A DNA stretch of 34,244 nucleotides from Nanobdellota archaeon (lineage in GTDB: Archaea > Nanobdellota > Nanobdellia > Pacearchaeales > GW2011-AR1), in assembly GCA_030704765.1 (NCBI GenBank), contig JAUYDD010000067.1, positions 1 through 34,244 on the forward strand. The letters run 5' to 3'. Numbering within the stretch: the first letter of the stretch is position 1; every line of letters begins with the position of its first letter. This document shows positions 8,965-18,819 of the stretch, in pieces. Made by a program: the position numbers and the translations under genes. The notes beneath the pieces were generated by a model that made no database searches, was not told where the DNA came from, and saw nothing but the letters and a program-made list of their open reading frames with translations.

Positions 8965-9897
8965 TCAAATGCTTTTAAAATATGCTATTGTCTTTATTAA
9001 TCCTTCATCTAATAATATTTCAGGTTTCCAAGAAAGTTTTTCTAATGCAAGAGTTATATCAGGTTTTCTTACTTTTGGGTCATCTTCAGGCAAAGGATTA
9101 AAAATTAGATTTGAATTAGAACCAGTCATCTTCAATATTTTTTCAGCTAGTTCTAGGATTGTAAATTCATTAGGATTTCCAAGATTAACTGGTCCAATAA
9201 AAGCTGGATTGTTCATCATTTTATGCAAACCTCTAATTAAATCTGATACATAGCAAAATGAACGGGTCTGATTTCCAGTTCCATAAATAGTTATGGGTTT
9301 ATTATCTAGAGCTTGAATAATAAAATTACTAACAACTCTTCCATCATTAACATCCATATTCGGCCCATAAGTATTAAAAATCCTAACAATTCTTATTGGT
9401 AGATTATAAGAGCGATGATAATCCATAAATAAAGTCTCTGCTACTCTTTTTCCTTCGTCGTAACAGGCCCTAGGCCCTAGCGTATTTACATTTCCTTTGT
9501 AACTTTCTTTTTGAGGATGCTCTAAAGGGTCTCCATAGACTTCAGAAGTAGATGCTTGCAATACTCTTGCTCCATTTAATCTAGCAAATTCCAATACATT
9601 AATTGCTCCTATTGTACTTGCTTTAGCAGTTTCAATTGGATCAAATTGATAATGTATTGGAGAAGCTGGACAAGCTAAATTATAAACCTGGTCAAAATCC
9701 CCTTTTATTTTCAATGGCCTTGTAATATCATGAGGTATTACTTTAAATCTTGGATGACTCATTATCTCTTTTAGATTCTTTCTTTTTCCTGTAAAAAAAT
9801 TATCAAGACAAACAACTTCATCTCCATTTTCTTCTAATAAATATCTGCATAAATGTGATCCAATAAAACCTGCTCCTCCTGTTACTAGTATTTTCAT
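8965..9897 (-). CDS. UDP-glucuronate decarboxylase (UDP-xylose synthase), extended SDR
   Basis: [54 protein letters not shown]. Confidence 0.93.
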   Translation of the reverse strand: MKILVTGGAGFIGSHLCRYLLEENGDEVVCLDNFFTGKRKNLKEIMSHPRFKVIPHDITRPLKIKGDFDQVYNLACPASPIHYQFDPIETAKASTIGAINVLEFARLNGARVLQASTSEVYGDPLEHPQKESYKGNVNTLGPRACYDEGKRVAETLFMDYHRSYNLPIRIVRIFNTYGPNMDVNDGRVVSNFIIQALDNKPITIYGTGNQTRSFCYVSDLIRGLHKMMNNPAFIGPVNLGNPNEFTILELAEKILKMTGSNSNLIFNPLPEDDPKVRKPDITLALEKLSWKPEILLDEGLIKTIAYFKSI

Positions 9898-9947
9898 AAT
9901 TCTAAATATATTAAGATATTTATAAGGATTATTGTAGAAAAACTTCC

Positions 9948-11453
9948 TTAATCTTTTACTATTCCTTTTATTATATCTGCAAATGCAGGTCTTGTAATTA
10001 AAACACCTATACTAATGCCAATAAGAGTAGTTAATGCAAATCCTTTTAATAAACCTGCTCCTGCCCAGAATAATGGAAGCATTGCTGCAAATATAGTGAA
10101 GAAAGCTCCAAATACAACAAAAAACGCGCTTTTTATTCTTTCTTTAAGACTTGTTTGTTTATCAGAAACAGCTTCATCAATAATCACTATCTGGTCATTC
10201 ACTCCTGTTCCCATACCAGCTATTATTCCTGCAATAGAAGGAGCATCAAGGTTCCATTTAATCAATGCAGCTATACTAAGAGTAATAAATGCTTCTGAAA
10301 ACATAGTCATTATTACAGCAAGAGTCACTTTTATTCTTCTATATTTCACAAACAAAGCTATAGATACTACAATAAAAACTATTAAAGCAAGTAATAAAAT
10401 ATTACTAGTAAATTCTCTTCCTAATGCTGGAGAGATTGTATCAATCTTTACTATTTCTAATTTATATGGAAGACTTCCTGTTATTAAAATAGTCTGAAGT
10501 TTTTTCATATTATATATAGAATCATCATAAGCTTCTTTTCTTGTTGTGCCTTTTCCTGCTCCTTGTATGGAGATTTGAGTTGTTGCTCTTCCTTTGAGGT
10601 CTTTTGATATGGATAATGAATCAACTAATTTATCATCTAAATACAAATCTAATTTTTTGCTTAGATACTCTGGATCAGTCTCATCTAAAGAAAGATTAGA
10701 AGTTATTTTTGCTTGTTTTTCAGCTGCTTTTTCTGATAAGGTTATAGCAAACCTAAAACTGCATAATTCTTGCCCTTGATAACTGTCACACGAGTAAATT
10801 CCTGCTTGATCTCCTGTTCTTGCTACATAAGTTATATCTTCTCTTCCACCAATAAATACAGTATCATTACCTATTTTTGCTTCAAATTTACCTTGCTTTG
10901 ATACAAGATCTGATAGATCAGCAGGAGTTGCTCCTGCTAATTCAATTAACATATAATTATTTCCAGAAAGGTCAGAAACTGTCCTGACAGTCACATCTGA
11001 AATACCAAATTCATTCAACCTGTTGCTTGTTACAGATATCAAGTCTTCCATCTCAGACCGGGATAAAGCAACTTCAGGCTTAACTAAAGCTCTTGCTCCT
11101 CCTGATAAATCAAGACCTGTCTTTATTTTTGTCTTTGGAATATCAAATACGGTAATTTTTGGAGCTTCATTATCATATAGTATAATTTCACTATCTTTTA
11201 TTCCAATTTTTATACTTGTTTTATTTTCTGAAGGATATACAGCACCGACTAATCTAGTATAATCTGCTAAATTATTAACTGGTTCTCCATTAATAGAAGT
11301 GATTATCATAGAGGGCTTTAGGCCCTGGTCATAGGCAGTAGAATTCTTTTCAACGCTCTTTATCAATACTCCTTTTTCAAAACTAGGAGCAATAACTAAT
11401 GCTGCTGATAAAAGTGCTATTATTAATACTATTATTCTCCAAGTTGTTTTCAT
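9948..11453 (-). CDS. secD: Protein translocase subunit SecD (with N-terminal PDZ-like segment)
   Basis: [39 protein letters not shown]. Confidence 0.93.
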   Translation of the reverse strand: MKTTWRIIVLIIALLSAALVIAPSFEKGVLIKSVEKNSTAYDQGLKPSMIITSINGEPVNNLADYTRLVGAVYPSENKTSIKIGIKDSEIILYDNEAPKITVFDIPKTKIKTGLDLSGGARALVKPEVALSRSEMEDLISVTSNRLNEFGISDVTVRTVSDLSGNNYMLIELAGATPADLSDLVSKQGKFEAKIGNDTVFIGGREDITYVARTGDQAGIYSCDSYQGQELCSFRFAITLSEKAAEKQAKITSNLSLDETDPEYLSKKLDLYLDDKLVDSLSISKDLKGRATTQISIQGAGKGTTRKEAYDDSIYNMKKLQTILITGSLPYKLEIVKIDTISPALGREFTSNILLLALIVFIVVSIALFVKYRRIKVTLAVIMTMFSEAFITLSIAALIKWNLDAPSIAGIIAGMGTGVNDQIVIIDEAVSDKQTSLKERIKSAFFVVFGAFFTIFAAMLPLFWAGAGLLKGFALTTLIGISIGVLITRPAFADIIKGIVKD

Positions 11454-12343
11454 TCTATTTTCTTATGATCACAATACCATTTAATGATACTAGCATTAGT
11501 CAGCCATGTATTGAAAATGTCTGCAACTAGACCAAGGGAAAGAATAAAAAATATCTGCCTGAAAGAATCTGGCAAGGAAGATACTACAAAAAATGCAGGT
11601 AAAACAGCTATTAATGCAGTAGTTGTCATAAATATTCCTGTTTTAAATGCTCCATATATTCTTTGATTCAATTTTCCCCCTCTTTTTCTTAAAGCCCTTG
11701 TTGTCAATAATATGTCTGTATCAACTGAATAACCAATAAGCATTAAAAAAGCAGCTATACCTGCTGCTGAAATCCTTATACCTAAATAATCTATTAAAGC
11801 GAGAGGCATAACTATATCTGAAAATGCTGCAAAAATAACAGCGATACTTGGAGTAAAGGTCCTGAACAAGATAAATACTACACATGACATTAATATAAAA
11901 GAAATGAACAAAGCTATAATCAATTGTTTGTAAAAACTCTGGCTTAAAGATGGACCTGTAAATTCTATATTTGAATTCTCTTCTGTTAATTTATAATCCA
12001 GAATCTTTTCTATACTTGGTTTCAATTCTTCTGGTTTTGCAGAACTTTCAATGATAAAAGAAACAGGCTCACCAGTCCTTATATCTGTAAGTTTTCTTGT
12101 GACAAGGTCAGTATATTCTTTTTTTAATTCTGTCTCTATCTTTACCATGTCTATATCTCCTTTTAAAGTGATTGTTGTTCCACCTGTTAAAGAAGAATCC
12201 CTATGCATAATATCTCCATGAACAGAATAAAAATAAAATATATAAACCAAAGATATAATCATGACAGCAACAGGTATTAAAAGCATCTTTTTATGCCATC
12301 TATCATACCAATCTTTTCTATTTGTTTCAAATGTCTCTTCCAT
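11450..12343 (-). CDS. secF: Protein translocase subunit SecF
   Basis: LTGGT, GPSL, IAAFLMLIGYSVDTDILLT, ADIFNTWLTN; start at MEETF because the longer ORF runs through tRNA-Gly. Confidence 0.93.
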   Translation of the reverse strand: MEETFETNRKDWYDRWHKKMLLIPVAVMIISLVYIFYFYSVHGDIMHRDSSLTGGTTITLKGDIDMVKIETELKKEYTDLVTRKLTDIRTGEPVSFIIESSAKPEELKPSIEKILDYKLTEENSNIEFTGPSLSQSFYKQLIIALFISFILMSCVVFILFRTFTPSIAVIFAAFSDIVMPLALIDYLGIRISAAGIAAFLMLIGYSVDTDILLTTRALRKRGGKLNQRIYGAFKTGIFMTTTALIAVLPAFFVVSSLPDSFRQIFFILSLGLVADIFNTWLTNASIIKWYCDHKKIE

Positions 12344-12441
12344 TTTATAGATTAGGTAAGAAAAATTGGTTTTATAAGTCTTTTTGTTTAATGGAGCCGT
12401 ATAGAGTAGAAAAAATAAGAGGATAAAAAAAATAAGAAAAA

Positions 12442-12512
12442 TGCGCGGGCCGGGAATTGAACCCGGGTCGTCTCGTTGGAAGCGAGAAATTCTACCACTA
12501 AACCACCAGCGC
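12442..12512 (-). tRNA. tRNA-Gly(TCC)
   Basis: GCGCTGG..TCTCG-CTTCCAA-CGAGA..CCGGG-TTCAATT-CCCGG-CCCGCGC-A; one U:C acceptor mismatch. Confidence 0.93.
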
Positions 12513-12623
12513 TTTAAATTTAAGTAATCTTGATACCTTTTTAAATGTTTTTTGTTAGCTGGTTTTAGGATCAAGAGTTTTATATGTTTGTTTAAACAAG
12601 TGTTTAAACAATCAAAAAATAAA

Positions 12624-12807
12624 GAAATTGCCTAAAAATTAGCAATCCCAACCGACCCAGAGGGTCGAGGTATTTGCTAATTTTTAGGCAATTTCAGTCT
12701 CCAAGAAAAACTTTCAGAAGTTTTTCTGGGCCATTCAAAATCTTCAGATTTTGAAGGTTTCAAATCTGCCGAGGCAGAGCCTCGGGGTATTAAACCCAGA
12801 TTTGAAA
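12624..12807. repeat. Modular multi-hairpin element, copy D (just 3' of tRNA-Arg)
   Basis: Perfect 22-bp IR 12624-12645/12674-12695; aaaaactt-tcag-aagttttt; ttcaaaatct-tc-agattttgaa; tttcaaatctg..cagatttgaaa enclosing ccgaggc-aga-gcctcgg. Confidence 0.88.
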
Positions 12808-12813
12808 ATAAAG

Positions 12814-12888
12814 CGCACTCGGAAGGATTTGAACCTTCGACCTTCGGCTTAGGATGCCACTGCTCTATCCAGGCTGAGCTACGAGTGC
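12814..12888 (-). tRNA. tRNA-Arg(CCT)
   Basis: GCACTCG/CGAGTGC acceptor stem, GCTC/GAGC D stem, loop ATCCTAA, GAAGG-TTCAAAT-CCTTC. Confidence 0.9.
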
Positions 12889-12939
12889 ATAAAAATAAAA
12901 AAGAAACAGTGTTTATAGATTTTATTAAAAATGGTTCAA

Positions 12940-14352
12940 TCAGTATCTATAATGTTCAGGCTTATAAGGCCCTGTTATTTTCACACCAATATAATCAGCT
13001 TGTTTTTCAGTAAGCTTTGTTAATTTAACACCTAATCTTGCAAGATGCAATCTTGCAACTTCTTCATCTAATTCTTTAGGCAGCCTATACACTCCTATTT
13101 TATGGGATTTAGATGCTAATTCAATCTGCGCTAGACACTGGTTTGTAAATGAATTTGACATAACAAAACTTGGATGGCCTGTTGCACAACCTAGATTAAC
13201 TAATCTTCCTTCTGCTAATATAAATATCGAATGTCTGTCATTGAAAACATATTTGTCTACTTGAGGCTTTATGTTTATTCTTTTAACTTGAGAATAAGAA
13301 TTGAGCATATCCATCTGTATCTCATTATCAAAATGTCCGATATTACATACTATTGCTTGATCTTTCATTTTTTTCATGTGTTCGAGAGTGATTATATCGC
13401 AGTTTCCTGTTGCAGTTACATAGATATCTGCTTCTTCTAAACTATCTTCAATAGATTTTACTTCATAACCCTCCATTGCTGCTTGTAATGCACATATTGG
13501 ATCTATTTCAGTGACAATTACTCTTGCGCCAAAACCTCTCATAGATTGTGAGCAACCTTTTCCAACATCACCATAACCGCAAACAACTACAGTTTTTCCA
13601 GCAACCATTACTCCTGTTGCTCTTTTAAGGCCATCTGCTAAACTTTCTCTACAACCATAAAGATTATCAAATTTCGATTTTGTAACAGAATCATTTACAT
13701 TTATTGCAGGAAAAAGGAGCTTGCCCTGTTCTAACATCTGATACAATCTATGAACTCCTGTTGTTGTTTCTTCAGAAACTCCTTTTATATTTTTTACAAT
13801 TCTTGAAAACCGGGAATTGTCTTTTTTATATATATCTTTTAGATTAATCATTAATTCTCTAAAATCCTCTCCTTTATTAGAATAATCTTTGTCTAATATA
13901 GATGGGTCTTTTTCTGCTTCAACTCCTTTATGAATCATTAATGTAGCGTCTCCTCCATCATCAACAATCAATGTAGGGCCAAGTCCTTTACCAAAATCTA
14001 ATGCTCTTTCAGTACACCACCAATAATCTTTTAAAGATTCTCCTTTCCAAGCAAATACTGGAATACCCGCTTTAGCAATAGCTGCTGCAGCCTCGTCCTG
14101 AGTTGAAAAAATATTACAAGATGCCCATCTTACTTCTGCCCCTAGTATATTCAAAGTCTCAATTAAAACAGCTGTTTCAGTTGTCATATGAAGGCTGCCT
14201 GTTATTCTTTGACCTTTCAAAGGTTTTAATTCACCATATTTTTCTCTAACCGACATTAATCCGGGCATTTCTTTTTCAGAAATTTCTATTTCTTTTCTTC
14301 CTAATTCTGCTAAAGAAATATCTTTTACTTTATAGTTATTTGACTCGTCCAT
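12940..14352 (-). CDS. ahcY: S-adenosylhomocysteine hydrolase
   Basis: [68 protein letters not shown]. Confidence 0.98.
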   Translation of the reverse strand: MDESNNYKVKDISLAELGRKEIEISEKEMPGLMSVREKYGELKPLKGQRITGSLHMTTETAVLIETLNILGAEVRWASCNIFSTQDEAAAAIAKAGIPVFAWKGESLKDYWWCTERALDFGKGLGPTLIVDDGGDATLMIHKGVEAEKDPSILDKDYSNKGEDFRELMINLKDIYKKDNSRFSRIVKNIKGVSEETTTGVHRLYQMLEQGKLLFPAINVNDSVTKSKFDNLYGCRESLADGLKRATGVMVAGKTVVVCGYGDVGKGCSQSMRGFGARVIVTEIDPICALQAAMEGYEVKSIEDSLEEADIYVTATGNCDIITLEHMKKMKDQAIVCNIGHFDNEIQMDMLNSYSQVKRINIKPQVDKYVFNDRHSIFILAEGRLVNLGCATGHPSFVMSNSFTNQCLAQIELASKSHKIGVYRLPKELDEEVARLHLARLGVKLTKLTEKQADYIGVKITGPYKPEHYRY

Positions 14353-14353
14353 A

Positions 14354-15349
14354 TTAAGCACCTATTTCTGATTTGTATTTATTTAGGGATATTATTAAAT
14401 CTTTCTCTAATCTTGCACCTGGACTTGCAACAACCAAAGATGCTGCATAACTAGCTAATTTTCCTGATTTTTCTAAATCCAAGTTCTTTGATAGACCGTA
14501 TAAAAAACCAGCAGCATACATATCTCCAGCACCATTAGTGTTCATTAGATTTGTCTTAAAACTAGGTATCTTATAAGTCTTGCCCTTGAATCTTATAATA
14601 CTTCCGTTTTCTCCTAATTTTACTATTGCAATTTCACATAGTTTTGATAGTTCTTTAATAGCCTCTTCAGGTGATTTTTTTGTAAATTCCTCTGCTTCTT
14701 TTTCATTAACAAATACTATATCTATTGAATCCTCTAATAATTCTCTAAAAAACTCATGATTCCTTTTTATTATTCCTGGATCAGATAAATCAATAGAAAC
14801 CTTTACATTATTTTTCTTAGCTATATCTATTGCATAAAGAGACGCTTCTTTTAAATTTAGCGCTTCAAAACTATATCCTTCTAAATGTAATATCTTAGAA
14901 TTTTTAATTACTTCCTCTATTATATCTTTTTTATTAAAATACATAGAAGCTCCTAAGTTTACTGCAAAACTTCTTTCTTTATCAGGAGTTATAAAAGTTA
15001 TAGCATGTCCTGTCATTTCATTGTTGAGATTTGAAAAAAAAGAATCTATTCCTATTTCATTTGTCAGATCCTCATATAATTTTCCATATTCATCAAAACC
15101 TATTTTTCCAAAAAACGCAGTTTTGCCACCAAGTATAGCTATTCCTGCTATAGTATTTGAACAGCTTCCTCCTGGAGATATTTTTGATTCATAAGAGCCT
15201 AGTTTCAAAAATATATCTTTACTTTTTTCCTTATCAACCAGAGTCATCTCGCCTTTTTTAAAGCCAAGTGATTCTAAGGCTTTATCTTCTATTTCAAAAG
15301 AAAAATCTAATAATGAATTGCCGAGACCAATAACATCAAATTTTTTCAT
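14354..15349 (-). CDS. PfkB-family kinase, adenosine-kinase-like
   Basis: [32 protein letters not shown]; adjacent to ahcY. Confidence 0.88.
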   Translation of the reverse strand: MKKFDVIGLGNSLLDFSFEIEDKALESLGFKKGEMTLVDKEKSKDIFLKLGSYESKISPGGSCSNTIAGIAILGGKTAFFGKIGFDEYGKLYEDLTNEIGIDSFFSNLNNEMTGHAITFITPDKERSFAVNLGASMYFNKKDIIEEVIKNSKILHLEGYSFEALNLKEASLYAIDIAKKNNVKVSIDLSDPGIIKRNHEFFRELLEDSIDIVFVNEKEAEEFTKKSPEEAIKELSKLCEIAIVKLGENGSIIRFKGKTYKIPSFKTNLMNTNGAGDMYAAGFLYGLSKNLDLEKSGKLASYAASLVVASPGARLEKDLIISLNKYKSEIGA

Positions 15350-15428
15350 TATAGGTATTAAAAAACTAGGTTTTTAATTCTTATGCTATCAAAGTTAAAT
15401 TTAAAAACTTGTTTTATATAAAAAAATA

Positions 15429-15713
15429 ATGATAATAAAACTCCTTGGAATTATTGATGTATTCATTGCATTGACTTTTTGGATTTATGGGATATTTGAT
15501 GTAGGATTATTATCAGGCCTTATTTATGTTCTTGCAATATATTTAATAATAAAGGGTCTGATATTTCTGACTCAATTGAGTATAGCGAGTATTCTTGATA
15601 TTGCATGTGCATTGGTAATCTTATCTTCTGTAACTGTTAATATGCCTAATATTGTTGTTATAATTGTCTCTTTATTCTTGATACAAAAAGGTATTTTTAG
15701 CATGTTAGGATAA
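15429..15713 (+). CDS. Small hydrophobic membrane protein, unknown function
   Basis: 94 aa, almost entirely TM; TTTATATA upstream. Confidence 0.75.
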   Translation: MIIKLLGIIDVFIALTFWIYGIFDVGLLSGLIYVLAIYLIIKGLIFLTQLSIASILDIACALVILSSVTVNMPNIVVIIVSLFLIQKGIFSMLG

Positions 15714-15762
15714 CTGACTATAAAACCTGATGCAGTCCTTAAAGATTACAAATTCTATAAAT

Positions 15763-15855
15763 TTATGCGGGAGATAGGAAAGCTCGCAAAAGTGTTTTCT
15801 TATCGTATTTATATTTACTGAAAATCCTTTTGCTCGTTGAACCCTTCAGGCACTA
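15763..15855 (-). repeat. Duplicated tRNA-Leu(CAA) 3' fragment interrupted by a hairpin (attR-like remnant)
   Basis: ttatgcgggagatagga 15763-15779 = 15937-15953; homology resumes as ttgaaccc-ttcaggcacta at 15837-15855. Confidence 0.8.
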
Positions 15856-15939
15856 TCAAACTTATTTGAATCTGAGCGGCTAACATAGGTTCAAAGACTA
15901 TTCCAGAATAAAATCATATTTGTTTTGCAAATATGATTA

Positions 15940-16023
15940 TGCGGGAGATAGGATTTGAACCTATGAAGGCACTAAGCCAGCAGATTTTGAGTCTGCCCCT
16001 TTTGACCACTCAGGCACCCCCGC
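15940..16023 (-). tRNA. tRNA-Leu(CAA)
   Basis: GCGGGGG..GCAGA-CTCAAAA-TCTGC, long variable arm, ATAGG-TTCAAAT-CCTAT-CTCCCGC-A. Confidence 0.95.
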
Positions 16024-16045
16024 ACATAAAAAATCTAAGAAAGAG

Positions 16046-16068
16046 ACATATAAAAAGCTTTATAAACC
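16046..16068. promoter_or_regulatory. Back-to-back archaeal TATA boxes for the divergent tRNA-Leu and 5S rRNA
   Basis: atataaaaa (minus-strand TTTTTATAT) ~30 bp before tRNA-Leu; aagc-tttataaa ~29 bp before 5S. Confidence 0.6.
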
Positions 16069-16087
16069 CTTATAATCAAGGATATAT

Positions 16088-16201
<114 letters not shown>

Positions 16202-16235
16202 TTTTACTTTCTTTTTTATAAGAAAGTTGTTTAAG

Positions 16236-16436
16236 ATGATAATACCTGTAAGATGCATAAGTTGTGGAAAACCAATAGGACACCTATGGGAAGAATTCAA
16301 AGAAAGAGTTGAAAAAAATGGAGAGGATTCTAAAAAAGTTTTAGATGAATTAGGATTAGAAAGATATTGCTGCAGGTCTATATTCTTAGGGCAGGTTGAT
16401 ACATTGGAATTAATCAATAAATTCAAGAAATTCTAG
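16236..16436 (+). CDS. rpoN: RNA polymerase subunit N (Rpo10)
   Basis: MIIPVRCISCGKPIG..LDELGLERYCCR. Confidence 0.97.
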   Translation: MIIPVRCISCGKPIGHLWEEFKERVEKNGEDSKKVLDELGLERYCCRSIFLGQVDTLELINKFKKF

Positions 16437-16500
16437 ATTAATTTTATATAGTTGGAGTTTTTGAAGGGAGCATGGTCTAAGGTTAAGGTCATTGATGCTG

Positions 16501-16521
16501 AGGTCTGGGGAGCGGTTAACT
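16501..16521 (+). repeat. Cassette-boundary direct repeat, copy 1
   Basis: tctggggagcggttaact 16504-16521 is identical to 18764-18781; aggtctggggagc is shared with 19676-19688. Confidence 0.85.
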
Positions 16522-16587
16522 ATCTATTTTGGGAATCGTTTAACTAAGAGGTTAAAAAATTGCGTTTGCAAAAAGAGTTATCTTTCT

Positions 16588-16809
16588 TTATTTAAAGAGC
16601 CTTTTTAACTTATTCATAATCCATTTTTTAGTCTCTTTATTACTCTGAATAACCCAAATAATAATTGTTATAATTACTACTAAAGAAATTAATGGGAAAA
16701 GGTTTACTTCGAAAAAAGTTGTGCCTGTTACTCGAACAATTGCCCCTAAAATAGATAAAGAAATTACTAATTTTAATGTGTTTAGCAAATCTTTTTGGAT
16801 AGTTTTCAT
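16588..16809 (-). CDS. Small 2-TM membrane protein
   Basis: 73 aa, two hydrophobic helices, basic tail; starts 17 bp after the HNH gene. Confidence 0.7.
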   Translation of the reverse strand: MKTIQKDLLNTLKLVISLSILGAIVRVTGTTFFEVNLFPLISLVVIITIIIWVIQSNKETKKWIMNKLKRLFK

Positions 16810-16826
16810 TTTTTTGCGTTAATTGT

Positions 16827-18395
16827 TTAGCTTTGTCTGTTTTTTCCTTCATTTAATTCCTTTTGGATTTGCTCTGGAAAATCTGAATCCTTCCATCCTA
16901 ATTGTTCTTTGATTTGATGTATCCCTGATTCCCAGTTATAAGATTCTATTAGGTTATGATTAAATTTCCCTTTAACACTTTCTCTATTGTTTATATCATG
17001 AATTTTTTTATCCATAGGAACTAGGTTCCATATTTCATTATTATATTTATTCCTATCAATATGATGAATAGAAATATTATCTAGAATTTTCTGCCCTTTT
17101 TTCTTCAAATAATCTTCATATTTCCAAACATGGTATAATTTTCCGCTATTTTTAAACACTAAACGGCCTTCTTCGTTAAATCTGAGATTTTGCTTTTGTC
17201 CGGAATCTATTAATGCTTTTTCTTTCCAGTAAGCTTCAGTTCTTTTTTCCAATTCTTTCTCTTTTGTCTTTAATTCTTTCTCCTGTTCCAATAACTCTTT
17301 CCTTTGAATTTTTAATTTATCTTCTGTCTCTTTATTCTTATTTCTTAATCTTATTAATTCTTGTTCATATTTTTCTTTTATCTCCCCTTTAGAATGTCTT
17401 ATTTTTTCTTCTAAATCTTTAATTTCATTTAATCTATTAGCTTTTTGACTTTCTAATTTTTGAATTTCTTTATTCCCCCCTTTGATATCTTCATTTATTC
17501 TTTCTTTCTCCTCACCTAACTTTATTATCTCATTTCTTATATCCTTAACTTTTTCTTCTTCTTTCTGTCTTTCTTTTTTGACTTTACCCCTTTTCCACTT
17601 TTCAATATATAGATAACTTAGTAAGACAACAATAAAAATAATAACTCCAAAAATAGATAGTTGTTTTATTCTCTCTTCCCTCTCTTTTTGTAATTGCTCT
17701 GAACTCTTTAAACAGATTCCTTCCTCAAATCTATCTGACTTACATTCCCATTCGCACATATATGCTTCTCCAACTTCTTTAGTTGAAGGCATTAGGCATG
17801 TTTGATTCTTACAATTAAGTTTTCCATAATGTTCGCAAGAAATTATTTTATCTTTTCCACAAAAACCTACTATATTACATATTGATGAACCGCACTCATT
17901 ATCTGAAATGCATAATGAATTATCATCTAAACATTGTTTTCCATTTGGACAAGTTCTACAAACTTCTTTTTGTTTTTCTACATTTTTATACTCAGAGGAT
18001 ACTTCTGGTTCAATCAGGGTATAATCTAAATCCGTTATACCAATATAGCTATTAAGTTGTGTGTTCACATGCCCATCGTCATATCTATCAGAATCTCGAG
18101 GTTCAACTTTAACTTCAACGCTTTTTACTTCATCAAGTCCAAACCATGTCGAAACAACTTTGTAGTCTAATCTTACTGTAACGGGTATAGTCAAGTTATT
18201 ATATACAGTAAACGAAAGATGACTATTCTCTACCCAAACAAGTTTATCCATCTCCAAATTAGCTCCCACAAAATCGCCATCAAAATAAAACCACTCTTCC
18301 TCTTGAGAATAGGATTCATTAATTTTATATTGACAAGCAGAAACCGAACCTATCAAAAAGACAAACAAAAATAAAATTACAATTAAATTTTTCAT
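16827..18395 (-). CDS. Single-pass membrane protein: signal peptide, Cys-rich ectodomain, TM, coiled coil, C-terminal HNH endonuclease domain
   Basis: MKNLIVILFLFVFLIGSVSA; 14 Cys before TM LSIFGVIIFIVVLLSYLYI; K/E-rich coil; SIHHIDRNKYNNEIWNLVPMDKKIH matches the HNH_3-type pattern. Confidence 0.8.
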   Translation of the reverse strand: MKNLIVILFLFVFLIGSVSACQYKINESYSQEEEWFYFDGDFVGANLEMDKLVWVENSHLSFTVYNNLTIPVTVRLDYKVVSTWFGLDEVKSVEVKVEPRDSDRYDDGHVNTQLNSYIGITDLDYTLIEPEVSSEYKNVEKQKEVCRTCPNGKQCLDDNSLCISDNECGSSICNIVGFCGKDKIISCEHYGKLNCKNQTCLMPSTKEVGEAYMCEWECKSDRFEEGICLKSSEQLQKEREERIKQLSIFGVIIFIVVLLSYLYIEKWKRGKVKKERQKEEEKVKDIRNEIIKLGEEKERINEDIKGGNKEIQKLESQKANRLNEIKDLEEKIRHSKGEIKEKYEQELIRLRNKNKETEDKLKIQRKELLEQEKELKTKEKELEKRTEAYWKEKALIDSGQKQNLRFNEEGRLVFKNSGKLYHVWKYEDYLKKKGQKILDNISIHHIDRNKYNNEIWNLVPMDKKIHDINNRESVKGKFNHNLIESYNWESGIHQIKEQLGWKDSDFPEQIQKELNEGKNRQS

Positions 18396-18688
18396 TTCCC
18401 TTTCGCCTCTTGTTTGATTTTATTTAAAACTTCTTTTCTTGCCTCTTGTATGTCTTTAGGAATTTCTTTCCATTCAAACCTTTCTTTTACTTCATTTTCC
18501 GTAAGTTTTAGATTAATATAGTCTTTGATATAATAATCATTCATTTTATCATCAATGTTATCAATAAATTCTTGTATTGCTTGTTTTATTACAGCAGATT
18601 TATCAATTCCTTGTTCTTTCGCTATTTCAATTATCCTTTTGAGAGTTTCATTTTCAAGATAAATTCCAACTAGTTTGTTTTTTACCAT
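18392..18688 (-). CDS. Ribbon-helix-helix (CopG-like) DNA-binding protein
   Basis: KLVGIYL strand + ENETLKRIIEIAKEQG + DKSAVIKQAIQEFI; ATGA overlap with the HNH gene. Confidence 0.8.
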   Translation of the reverse strand: MVKNKLVGIYLENETLKRIIEIAKEQGIDKSAVIKQAIQEFIDNIDDKMNDYYIKDYINLKLTENEVKERFEWKEIPKDIQEARKEVLNKIKQEAKGK

Positions 18689-18754
18689 ATTAATTAATAT
18701 TAATAATTATTAGCAATTATTATATTTAAATCTTTCGGCTATTTACAAAAATAA

Positions 18755-18781
18755 AAATCCTGTTCTGGGGAGCGGTTAACT
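18755..18781 (+). repeat. Cassette-boundary direct repeat, copy 2
   Basis: aaatcctgttctggggagcggttaact. Confidence 0.85.
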
Positions 18782-18819
18782 GAGAGAAGTTTTATAATAC
18801 TCAATTTCTAAGAATCATT

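Noticed and set aside
12344-12574. N-terminal extension of the SecF ORF
   Set aside because: Runs through tRNA-Gly from a non-ATG start; SecF-like sequence begins at MEETF
16466-16513. Possible tRNA after rpoN (gggagcatggtctaagg...)
   Set aside because: The start is tRNA-like but no anticodon arm, T-arm or closing acceptor stem can be folded
16511-16560. Integron attC sites (gtttaac/gttaa motifs)
   Set aside because: No convincing paired R and L boxes, no long imperfect palindrome and no IntI gene
18330-18395. Lipobox VSAC in the HNH membrane protein
   Set aside because: The protein has a separate TM anchor and this Cys completes an even count, so a disulfide is at least as likely; unresolved without prediction tools
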